Virus record (IMG/VR): IMGVR_UViG_3300045988_131275
Coordinates: 32,001-96,000 of that record
Source: a virus
DNA: 64,000 nucleotides
Direction: 5' to 3' (one strand)
The notes under the pieces are model-generated. The model saw nothing but the letters and a program-made list of their open reading frames with translations, had not been told where the DNA came from and made no database searches. A program made the position numbers and the translations under genes. Shown one piece after another: positions 8,636 through 17,016 of this stretch. Position 1 is the stretch's first letter; each line of letters starts with the position of its first letter.

Positions 8636-9193
8636 TTAAGACTCCCATAATACTATTTGTTTTTGTTTCAATGTTTCTTGTACATTAATAACTCTTTGAT
8701 TAGATGAACCTCTCCAATGTAATGATACATCTCTGAGTTCATCGACATATTTCCCATCTATAAGTACATCACACATCCTTACTACTTGCCTGCGAAGATT
8801 TTTAATTGCTTTTCCACGCATATTTTGAATTTTATCACCAGTTTTAATATTATCTTTAATCCAGATTTCTTCCCATGTATATCCTGTGTATAACCAGATG
8901 TTTTTAGTTGGATATGAAACTCGAATTTCATATACGATTTTTAGAACATTTTGTACGTTTTTAGGGTGTAAAGGATCACCACCGCTGAATGTAATACCAC
9001 TAATATAGTCTTTTTTTAACTCATTTCGTATTTCATTCATTGCATTTTCATCAAATGGAATCCCACTTTGCGGATTCCACGTTTGTTGATTCTGGCAATT
9101 TGCACAATGATGTTCACAACCAGCCACCCATAATACAATTCTTAATCCATCACCATTGTTTTGATCTGGATATGTTATATTATGATAATTCAT
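8636..9193 (-). CDS. nrdG: anaerobic ribonucleoside-triphosphate reductase activating protein (radical SAM)
   Basis: GDGLRIVLWVAGCEHHCANCQNQQTW carries the CX3CX2C cluster in NrdG context. It lies downstream of nrdD. Confidence 0.9.
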   Translation of the reverse strand: MNYHNITYPDQNNGDGLRIVLWVAGCEHHCANCQNQQTWNPQSGIPFDENAMNEIRNELKKDYISGITFSGGDPLHPKNVQNVLKIVYEIRVSYPTKNIWLYTGYTWEEIWIKDNIKTGDKIQNMRGKAIKNLRRQVVRMCDVLIDGKYVDELRDVSLHWRGSSNQRVINVQETLKQKQIVLWES

Positions 9194-9194
9194 A

Positions 9195-9815
9195 TTATTT
9201 ATTCTCCTTTGTTAGTTCATACAATTCAGTTCTTATATAATAAGGAACATCCATTTTATATTTTTGGTATAAACTTTTCATTGTAGAAATGTCATGTCTT
9301 TTACTATTTAATGTTGTATTAATTTCTTTAGGTATCACACAACAAGTTCTTGGAGAATAAATTTTATTTCCTTCATATAACAAATCTTTGTCGATTTCTA
9401 ATGGATATTTACAATCGTATTTATAATGTGAATACCATTCAGCAAAATTTTGGAAATTACAAAATTCTTCTGATACTTTACAGCCAATATATGTAGGTTG
9501 TCTCATATGATATTTTTCGTCATAACATCTTACAAACATACTTATCCATTTTACATACTCTTCTGTTTTTACGTTATTTTTTCTTGCGGTATATTTCCCT
9601 ATGCCATAATAACCTTTATTATATACAGATCTATGATATGGATTTTTAATTTGTCCTTTCTTAATATTTTGCAGAGTAGACCAAATTTGAACATCTGGTC
9701 TATCTACAAAATTAATTAGAACATTTTTAGTATCAAGGTAGTCAATGATTTGAATTTTATACCCTTCATTAGTTATAAATACATCATTTATTTTTTGTCT
9801 AAAATCTATAATCAC
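9195..9815 (-). CDS. free-standing homing-endonuclease-like protein (HNH-related family with Y..W..M..RCY and (E)LDKD..N..Y....C..VP..IN motifs)
   Basis: GTG start 4 nt after AGGGTGA, overlapping the nrdD exon 2 stop. YVKWISMFVRCYDEKY..NFQNFAEW..LEIDKDLLYEGNKIYSPRTCCVIPKEIN. Clear paralogue of 31236..31946. Inserted between nrdD and nrdG. Confidence 0.6.
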   Translation of the reverse strand: MIIDFRQKINDVFITNEGYKIQIIDYLDTKNVLINFVDRPDVQIWSTLQNIKKGQIKNPYHRSVYNKGYYGIGKYTARKNNVKTEEYVKWISMFVRCYDEKYHMRQPTYIGCKVSEEFCNFQNFAEWYSHYKYDCKYPLEIDKDLLYEGNKIYSPRTCCVIPKEINTTLNSKRHDISTMKSLYQKYKMDVPYYIRTELYELTKENK

Positions 9816-9902
9816 ATGCTCACCCTATCTTTAATTTCAGCATTTTTTGCCTCATTGTATCTTGTCTTACCATGAACTCTTGTGAATCCTAGATAACCGT
9901 TC
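9812..9902 (-). CDS. nrdD: anaerobic ribonucleotide reductase NrdD, exon 2 (glycyl-radical C-terminus)
   Basis: After splicing it reads ..KIDRM|NGYLGFTRVHGKTRYNEAKNAEIKDRVSM*. This restores the RxxGYLG glycyl-radical motif that is missing from the 10197..12305 ORF. Confidence 0.8.
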
Positions 9903-10224
9903 CAATATCTTTAATTACCGTCACTTTCGTAATATTTCTTATTCATATATGAATAACGGGTTGGACTATACAATCAATGTAGGATTATAGTCTCTGAACG
10001 TTCTTCATCAGCATGATCTGTTAAGAAGATTTCGCTGCGTCTGAGTGACTTGCACACTCGGTTATCCCTAACCTATCTACTTTTTATGGTTTCTACCTTT
10101 CGGCTGATATATTATAAATATGTACCGCATTCACGCTTACCATTTCTAGTTACGTTGTAGCGAGATAGGATTATGGGGATGTCCCCGCAATTTAACCTAT
10201 TTATACAGGACAAACGGATTTTCT
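9903..10224 (-). ncRNA. group I self-splicing intron (ORF-less, 322 nt) interrupting nrdD
   Basis: P1: exon ACAGGAU (10231-10225) pairs with GUCCUGU (10211-10205), with U.G at the splice site. P10: CCGUUU (10217-10212) pairs with exon 2 GAACGG (9902-9897). The terminal G is at 9903. The region is more GC-rich and structured than its surroundings (e.g. GGGGACAUCCCC). Confidence 0.8.
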
Positions 10225-12305
10225 ATCCTGTCAATCTTTGTAATCATTTTACTTCCGCACTTAGGGCATATATCCATCTCCACTTGCTGATATCCACAAT
10301 CTTCACAATAGCACATTGCAAGATTTACACCTTCATAGAAACCTTTATCCATAGCTCTCAATACCAATGTCTTAATAGCTTCTTTATTGTACCCAAGATT
10401 ATATCTGCAATATTGAATTTTTCCACCATTGAAATAATTCCAGAATCTTCCTTCTTTATCTTGCTTTTCGATAGGGTTCATATTTTCTGATACATGACAG
10501 TGAAAACTATTACTTACATATTCTCTATCTGATACATTTTCTACAATTCCATAAATCTTACGGAACTGTTTAATTTGCAACCCACATAAACTCTCAGCAG
10601 GAGTACCATAAATTGCATAAAGTAAATGATCTTCTTCTTTAATTCTATTTGTATAATCATTGATATATTTCATTACTTCTAATGCAAATTCTCCATCTTC
10701 TCTGATAGATTTGCCATTATATAATCTTTGAAGTTCATTCAGTGCTGTAATTCCATAACTTAATGTCATTGGTGGCAATAATGATTTAATTTTATCATCT
10801 GGTTTCAAATGTCCACCAAGTAACCCACCTTCACAAAATGCAATGGGATTTACACTTGCTCTTAATTCGCCAATGTATTCATATGTACGTTTATGGAGAT
10901 TACGAATCATTTCAAGATAATAATCAAGAACGTCATAGAAATCTTTAGATTCTCTTCTTGCTTTAGCAAGAATCATAGGAAGATGCAGACTCACAACGCC
11001 TAAGTTAAATCTTCCTTCGAAAACAGGTTTGTCATTTTCATCCACTGGATGCATTCCACCTTTTTCATACCAAGGTGAAAGGAACGCCCTACATCCCATC
11101 GGACTTACCACTCGTTTATATTTCTTATACATTTCTGCCACATATCCATCACCTGTTAATGACAACCAATCTGGATACATTGTTTTTGCACTACATTCAA
11201 TTCCTGCATTAAATACATCTGCACTTGGATATTTTTCAGAACCATCTCCGTGTAAATCTTTGTCGTAAAGAAATACAATTTTAGGGAATAATACAGGGCG
11301 TTTAAATCCGTTTTTACCTTGACCTTCTTTATGAACATTTAACAATGTAATCGCAGCCATTTTCCCAAACTTGCTCGTAGACAACCCTACGGTCATTGTT
11401 ACAAACGGATAGTCACCTCGACTTGATCCAACGCTATTTAATTTATATTCTATCCCTTGCCATCCCTGTTCAAAGTCACGTTCTACTTTTTCAGTTGCAT
11501 ATTCACATGCTTTCTCACATCTATAATCCATTACTTCTGGAATAATACCATTTACATCTTCGCAAATTTCTAAATATTCATTGAAATATTTATCATAACT
11601 TTTCTCTGCATATGGTTCTAAAATCTTGTCTACTTCTGGTACAGTGAAACCACCATATTGTTGTGCAGCCGTTGATAAAATAATATCTCCCATAACATCA
11701 AAAGCAGTGTCCAGATAATTTGGCTCATTATACCAAATATTTCCCATTTCAAATCCATTCTTCATAACTGAACCAATATCAAACAAGCAACAGTTAAATG
11801 TGTCAAGTCTTGCACTTCTATCATGAATATAAATATATCCATCTTTCATAGCTTGCTTTTCATCATGTGTTAAGAAAAATTTCTTATATAATTGGCTACT
11901 CAATTCGTTGTAAATAAGACTTCTTTTAGTTGCTACTAATGCGCTATCTGTATTGGCATTGTTTTTATCTCCAATGTACCTGATAGCTTGACTTCTCTCA
12001 TATACCTTGTCCATCATATGAACAAAGTCTTTTTTATAATTTCTATACTCTTTATACATTTTTGCAACAACTGGAAAATCTTCTTCAAGGACAGATTCTA
12101 CAATATTGTGCATATCATAAATTTCAATATTTGAATCGTCTTCATATAATTCCTCGATTTTTTGCCAAACATCATTTAGAATAATAGAATAATCATTTTC
12201 TGAAAATTCAAACATTGCCCGTCTCGCAGCCTTGTCACAAGCATTTACAATTTTTTGTTCATCAAAATCTTCTAAAGTTCCATCCTTTTTGATAATTCTA
12301 ATCAT
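10225..12305 (-). CDS. nrdD: anaerobic ribonucleoside-triphosphate reductase NrdD, exon 1
   Basis: About 690 aa class III RNR body with an N-terminal ATP-cone-like region (MIRIIKKDGTLEDFDEQKI) and a C-terminal zinc site (CEDCGY..CPKCGS). The unspliced frame runs into an intron-encoded stop at 10197. Confidence 0.9.
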
Positions 12306-12457
12306 TCATTATCTCCTTTACCAAATCTCTTATTAAATAGTTCCTTTTCAATCTTTTCTCTATCTTTCGTTGAAACCGCCAAACATAAGCACATATACGC
12401 GACTACAAGTAAACACGCAATGATAAAAGCCCCAACTCCGACAATAACTGCACTCAT
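12302..12457 (-). CDS. small membrane protein (51 aa)
   Basis: ATG 12457 follows GAGGTGG. One TM helix (VGVGAFIIACLLVVAYMCLCL). The stop overlaps the nrdD ATG (ATGA). Confidence 0.5.
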   Translation of the reverse strand: MSAVIVGVGAFIIACLLVVAYMCLCLAVSTKDREKIEKELFNKRFGKGDNE

Positions 12458-12467
12458 AATAACCACC

Positions 12468-12608
12468 TCACATATCTTTAATCTTAACTTTTAATGCTTC
12501 TAATTCTTTATATTCATCAGTATCATATCTGGTATGATCTTTGATAATCATATGGGTTTGTTCATTGCAAATAAGTTCTATAAGTAGTTTCTTCTCGTTT
12601 TCTGTCAT
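12468..12608 (-). CDS. small hypothetical protein (46 aa)
   Basis: ATG 12608. The stop TGA lies within the SD of the next small ORF. First gene after a 200-nt intergenic region. Confidence 0.4.
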   Translation of the reverse strand: MTENEKKLLIELICNEQTHMIIKDHTRYDTDEYKELEALKVKIKDM

Positions 12609-12677
12609 TTTCTTATCTTCCTTTACTATTTTTCTTGTATATATTTATTTTCTCTTTTTATGTGTTATACTATTTGT

Positions 12678-12806
12678 AGTGGAGATATTTATATAAATTG
12701 TTAGTAGTCATAATTAGAATGTTTTTCTGAAAATAGTAATATCAGATTTATCCTTAGCACATTATCTTTATCTACAAGATGTAACTTATCAACCAATATC
12801 TCCACT
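12678..12806. repeat. perfect 12-bp inverted repeat (AGTGGAGATATT / AATATCTCCACT) bracketing an intergenic region
   Basis: Arms at 12678-12689 and 12795-12806, separated by 105 nt of non-coding AT-rich DNA. Confidence 0.6.
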
Positions 12807-12807
12807 T

Positions 12808-13005
12808 TTATGAGCAAATTCTTTTGATTTCACCGTTACCACCATCTTTACATTTCAAAATAAGATGTGTACATAATGAATCGGCACAATTTGGTTTATG
12901 TGAAATCATATCAATTACATATTCTCTATTATCAACTTCAACAGTGATAAAATTATCCCCAATACGTCTTAACTCTCGTACTAGCTCTCCGCTACTAATA
13001 ATCAC
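12808..13005 (-). CDS. hypothetical protein
   Basis: 65 aa ORF whose start overlaps the upstream gene stop by 4 nt. Confidence 0.6.
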   Translation of the reverse strand: MIISSGELVRELRRIGDNFITVEVDNREYVIDMISHKPNCADSLCTHLILKCKDGGNGEIKRICS

Positions 13006-13592
13006 TTCTCCTTTGTCACCTCTTTCCCAATCCCTAGCAGATATTGTCTAATTTCAGCCCAATTCTGTAATCTTTTACCTGTCCAATCTTTATTCCAACT
13101 ATATGTTCTACCAAAACAAATATTTTCTTTTGCATTGGAAGTCACAAGATTTCTTGCATTATCATCAATGAATAATCCGTCACTCATATCTATATGTGAC
13201 TTATCAGAATGTTCTTTAAGGTTTACACCAATAAATTCTATATTTGGAAATCTTTTCTTAATCCATTCTTCCTTTTGTTTAAGATTAGGTGAATATCCAT
13301 GTGACACAATTTTAATAGAATAATATTCAGATAACTCATTGATTGCACGTTCAGCCCAAGGCATGAAATGTAATCTCTCAAAGAATCTTGGCTGATTGAA
13401 GTACAGATCAATATATCCAGGTGGAGCACAATTACATTCTTCAAATCCCCAAGTATTAACAGTCCACCAATTTACATAATGGAATTTCTTGTAGTATTGA
13501 AAATCTTCATTATATAAATCAACAATCGCATCTATGGTGGCGACTAATGTTCCGTCAAAATCAACATATAATGTTTTAATATCATTTCTCAT
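13002..13592 (-). CDS. HAD-superfamily 5'(3')-deoxyribonucleotidase (NT5C-like)
   Basis: The N-terminal YVDFDGTLV is the DxDxT HAD motif I. Size and the later FIDD motif fit phage/Bacillus YorS-type deoxynucleotidases. Confidence 0.7.
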   Translation of the reverse strand: MRNDIKTLYVDFDGTLVATIDAIVDLYNEDFQYYKKFHYVNWWTVNTWGFEECNCAPPGYIDLYFNQPRFFERLHFMPWAERAINELSEYYSIKIVSHGYSPNLKQKEEWIKKRFPNIEFIGVNLKEHSDKSHIDMSDGLFIDDNARNLVTSNAKENICFGRTYSWNKDWTGKRLQNWAEIRQYLLGIGKEVTKEK

Positions 13593-14163
13593 CTGTGATA
13601 CCTCTTTTTGCTCTGTCCTTATTGATTACACGTACCATTTTCGCAACAGATTCTTTGATGCTTCTATCATTTAACACAAAGTAATCAACCAGATGTGATT
13701 TCTCAAAGTTGGAAAATTCTTCACTTTCTTTGATATAATTAGCTTGCCAAGAGTCATAATCTCCACGTTTCTCTGCTCTTTTTCGTAAATCATTATATGG
13801 AACATTTACCATAATAGTTACTAATTCAATATCCATATCTTTTGTTTTGAGTTTTAATTCGTAATATCCTGTGGGGTTGATAATGTAGAAGTCATTATCT
13901 AAGAGTTGCTGTTTTGTTGCGAAGTTACAATATCCTACTCTATCAGTATAAGCAATCATATTATTACGATATTTCTCTACTTCATCTGGTGAAATTAATA
14001 TATGGTCTGAATTTTCTTTTGTTTCACCTTGCCGTAAATATTGTCTAGTTGAATATGAGCGCAAGATACTCATATTCAATTGCTTCGCTGCTTCTTTTGT
14101 AACAGTTGATTTACCTGATCCTGTTCTTCCTAATACACAATATACTGTATGTATAATAATCAC
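13582..14163 (-). CDS. P-loop nucleoside-monophosphate kinase (guanylate-kinase-like dNMP kinase)
   Basis: Walker A GRTGSGKST, then SYSTRQ..R.GE, which resembles the guanylate kinase S(Y)TTR motif. Confidence 0.6.
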   Translation of the reverse strand: MIIIHTVYCVLGRTGSGKSTVTKEAAKQLNMSILRSYSTRQYLRQGETKENSDHILISPDEVEKYRNNMIAYTDRVGYCNFATKQQLLDNDFYIINPTGYYELKLKTKDMDIELVTIMVNVPYNDLRKRAEKRGDYDSWQANYIKESEEFSNFEKSHLVDYFVLNDRSIKESVAKMVRVINKDRAKRGITDEK

Positions 14164-14168
14164 TCTCC

Positions 14169-14585
14169 TTATTCAGAATCTTTTAATAATTCTTCCAAAC
14201 TATCAATTTGAAGCTCTGTTTGTTTATCATCAGACAACAATGCTGTAAGTTGTTTTTCTAACATATCTAATTTCTTTTTCTCAGCCTTGTATCTCTGTAC
14301 TTCAAGATTTGCTTTTACATCAGCAATCCAGTCATCAAGTGAGCTACCCGAAATCATTAATGTAGAAGTGTCAATTTCTAAATCTTTTGCAGATATTAAA
14401 AGTGCATTAAGTTTAATTAACAACATTTCGCTTGAATCAATATGTAAATTGTAAGTAACCTTATCCAATACTAATAAACAATTAGTAATTGGATTGAATC
14501 TTGTTGGTTTTGATGCAAGCTCCTGTCTTTTTTCTTCAATAGTTTTCTTTAACTGCATAATTCTTTCATCATTTTTCTGTGCCAT
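14169..14585 (-). CDS. hypothetical coiled-coil protein
   Basis: 138 aa ORF overlapping the upstream gene by 17 nt. Confidence 0.65.
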   Translation of the reverse strand: MAQKNDERIMQLKKTIEEKRQELASKPTRFNPITNCLLVLDKVTYNLHIDSSEMLLIKLNALLISAKDLEIDTSTLMISGSSLDDWIADVKANLEVQRYKAEKKKLDMLEKQLTALLSDDKQTELQIDSLEELLKDSE

Positions 14586-15840
14586 AATAATATCTCCTCT
14601 CTAAATATCCATTTTTTAAATAATGTTCTCCATAAATAGGATGTACATATTTATAACACTCTTCGATAGTATCAAAAATTTTTTTAACTGTTTTTTCTCT
14701 TGTCTTTGTTACTGTTTCATTTGAACACCATTTTTTCTCCTCATAAGATTCATAAACGGTTTCGTAAATGTACCATTTCTTATTTTCTCTTGAATATAAG
14801 ATTTCTTTACTATTAAGTAATCCATCTTTTTCTATTCCTACTTTAAAAGAATAGTTATAATCTCTTTCAAAAGATTTAACTATTGTTGCATCTGCCATAG
14901 CAACAAATATATCGTATGGTAAATCAATAAGCTTATCTGCTTCAAAATCTTCTTGACAATACTCAGTATTGCTATATAACAGATTAACCATATCTGGATA
15001 ATCTGGTCTTTTTTCAAGAACCATATGGGTGAACTTTCTTGTAATTGTTTTCATATGTGTTACTCTATTTTCTCTGTACCAACTATATTCAGCACTAGGA
15101 TTTCCAAGAAGAATAAAGAAAAATTCATTCTTTTCTTCTTGAATACTTCTATAGTAAGTAAGGTTTTTATTATAATAACTACTTCGACATTTACTGATTA
15201 ACCATGTATCATCAAGCGGATATTCATATCCTTCTTTTCTATTGTTACTGTAACGACTTTCATGGTAATAATAATTTGACTGATTTTCCCAAGGCTTTGA
15301 TTTCCCCATATATACATATTGATTACCATTCAAATCTTTATATGTAGCACCAATTATCAAATCTCTTGCTTTAATAAATGTATTGTTATGAATGACTTTA
15401 TTCTTTTCCTGAATCTCTTTATAATCAGGTGATTCAACAGGCACAAGCACCAATTCTTTACCATCCCAACCATATACAAATTCACCTTCAAGTCCTTTAC
15501 CTTTAATGCAATTACAATTTTCTAAAATCCATAAAAGGTTAGGAATTGTAATTTCAAATTCAAATCCTCTTGGATCATATACCCTGGTATATGTTTGTCT
15601 TGGATTCCAACTATATCTATCACCGCCAACCTTTTTATTTAATACAAATCCTTCAGTTGGTTCATTGTCATAAATCGCATTTGGAATATTTTCATCTCTC
15701 CAATGTTGCCATGATGTTTCTTTCCTTAACTTTCCTTTTTCATCAAAATAGATTACATAAGCTAATTTACTTGTATAAGTATCTTTTCGTTCTTGGAATC
15801 CTACATTTATTTTTGTTGGTATAAAGATATTTGTTTTCAT
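14569..15840 (-). CDS. hypothetical protein (423 aa)
   Basis: Long uninterrupted ORF in the operon. No motif recognised. Confidence 0.75.
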   Translation of the reverse strand: MKTNIFIPTKINVGFQERKDTYTSKLAYVIYFDEKGKLRKETSWQHWRDENIPNAIYDNEPTEGFVLNKKVGGDRYSWNPRQTYTRVYDPRGFEFEITIPNLLWILENCNCIKGKGLEGEFVYGWDGKELVLVPVESPDYKEIQEKNKVIHNNTFIKARDLIIGATYKDLNGNQYVYMGKSKPWENQSNYYYHESRYSNNRKEGYEYPLDDTWLISKCRSSYYNKNLTYYRSIQEEKNEFFFILLGNPSAEYSWYRENRVTHMKTITRKFTHMVLEKRPDYPDMVNLLYSNTEYCQEDFEADKLIDLPYDIFVAMADATIVKSFERDYNYSFKVGIEKDGLLNSKEILYSRENKKWYIYETVYESYEEKKWCSNETVTKTREKTVKKIFDTIEECYKYVHPIYGEHYLKNGYLERRYYYGTEK

Positions 15841-15864
15841 TATATTTTCTCCGTTCTTATAAAA

Positions 15865-16743
15865 CTAAATACCAAGTTCAAGTTTTAGATTAGGATTAAT
15901 TGGATTATAGTTTTCAAGAGAAAAATCTTCGATTGAGAAATCATAGAAGTTATCAGACTTAGGATTGAAATTCATTTTGACTGATTCAAATTCATAATCA
16001 TAATGACCATTAGAAGTAGAAATCTTTAGTTTACGCTCATTTGCTCTGTTAAGTAATTCATTAGCTGCGTCAATGTGACGATCATAAATCTGTTCATTTG
16101 CTACAAAGTGTGTGAACTTACCTGGTTTATATCCAGTTGCTTTCGCAATCATTATCAGTAAACAAGAATACTGTACTTCATTAACTCCACCTGCACCACT
16201 AGCAGTAAGCATATCTCCACTTCTCTGAATAAGACACATATCCAGATATTCGCCTCTTACATTCCAGATAGTGAGAAATGCACAAGGCATTAATCCATCA
16301 GTTTCTCTTAGATCATTTTCTTGCCATAAAGACATAATATGTCTACGTCCATATGGATTTTCTTTAATGTCAGTAATTAAATTATTGAGAAGATTATGTT
16401 TTCTTACTGTTGCCCCGTATCTAACACCTATTGTTCCTGGAATATCTTTAGATTCCCAAGCGTCCCAATAATTAACATTATATTTATCTTTTAATAAATG
16501 TAATGAACTACTTTGGTCTTGGTAAATCCATAACAATTCCTTAATAGCACTCTTCCATGCAATAGGACGTAATGTACAGATAGGAAACTCAGTTTGAAGA
16601 TTATAAGTTCTCATAACATGATTTACAAAATATGTATAAGCTGGTGTTCCGTCTTCATATTTGGGACGAGGATTTTCGTCTTTTGTTCCATTTGTAAGAA
16701 TATTACGAATATCATTTACTAATAATAAATCTGCTCTTGTCAT
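15865..16743 (-). CDS. thyA: thymidylate synthase family protein (B. subtilis ThyA / phage ThyP3-like), possibly a dUMP-modifying variant
   Basis: IAWKSAIKELLWIYQ, GRRHIMSLWQ, catalytic-Cys region LMPCAF, QRSGD and the tail NFYDFSIEDFSLENY all follow the ThyP3-type layout. GNPFN and GDCHVY are replaced by ASGAGGVN and ANEQIY. Confidence 0.75.
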   Translation of the reverse strand: MTRADLLLVNDIRNILTNGTKDENPRPKYEDGTPAYTYFVNHVMRTYNLQTEFPICTLRPIAWKSAIKELLWIYQDQSSSLHLLKDKYNVNYWDAWESKDIPGTIGVRYGATVRKHNLLNNLITDIKENPYGRRHIMSLWQENDLRETDGLMPCAFLTIWNVRGEYLDMCLIQRSGDMLTASGAGGVNEVQYSCLLIMIAKATGYKPGKFTHFVANEQIYDRHIDAANELLNRANERKLKISTSNGHYDYEFESVKMNFNPKSDNFYDFSIEDFSLENYNPINPNLKLELGI

Positions 16744-16746
16744 GTA

Positions 16747-16989
16747 TTATTCCTCCACAATCCATAATCTAATATCTTCTTTAAATTGATTACATAATTT
16801 TTCATCATCTGATAAGAAATTTACAACACATTCTTTATTAAGACTTGTGCTTAGAATCCCCATAATAGATTTGGCATCAATCGTGTACCTAGAATATACA
16901 TAGTCGATATCTACATCTTTATATTCTCCACATTTTGCTACAAATAATCCTGCGTCATTAATTGTATTTAATTTGACTTTGCACTTCAT
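16747..16989 (-). CDS. HPr-like small protein lacking the phospho-histidine
   Basis: 80 aa. TIDAKSIMGILSTSL resembles the HPr Ser46 region (KSIMGVMSLG). The region equivalent to His15 reads INDAGLF. Confidence 0.45.
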   Translation of the reverse strand: MKCKVKLNTINDAGLFVAKCGEYKDVDIDYVYSRYTIDAKSIMGILSTSLNKECVVNFLSDDEKLCNQFKEDIRLWIVEE

Positions 16990-17016
16990 TTTATAAAATC
17001 CTTTCCTATTATAATG

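Noticed and set aside
10197-12305. Taking the 702-aa ORF ending at TAG 10197 as the complete NrdD.
   Set aside because: That product would lack the glycyl-radical RxxGY motif. The motif is found in frame about 320 nt downstream, behind a sequence with P1/P10 pairings and a terminal G typical of a group I intron.
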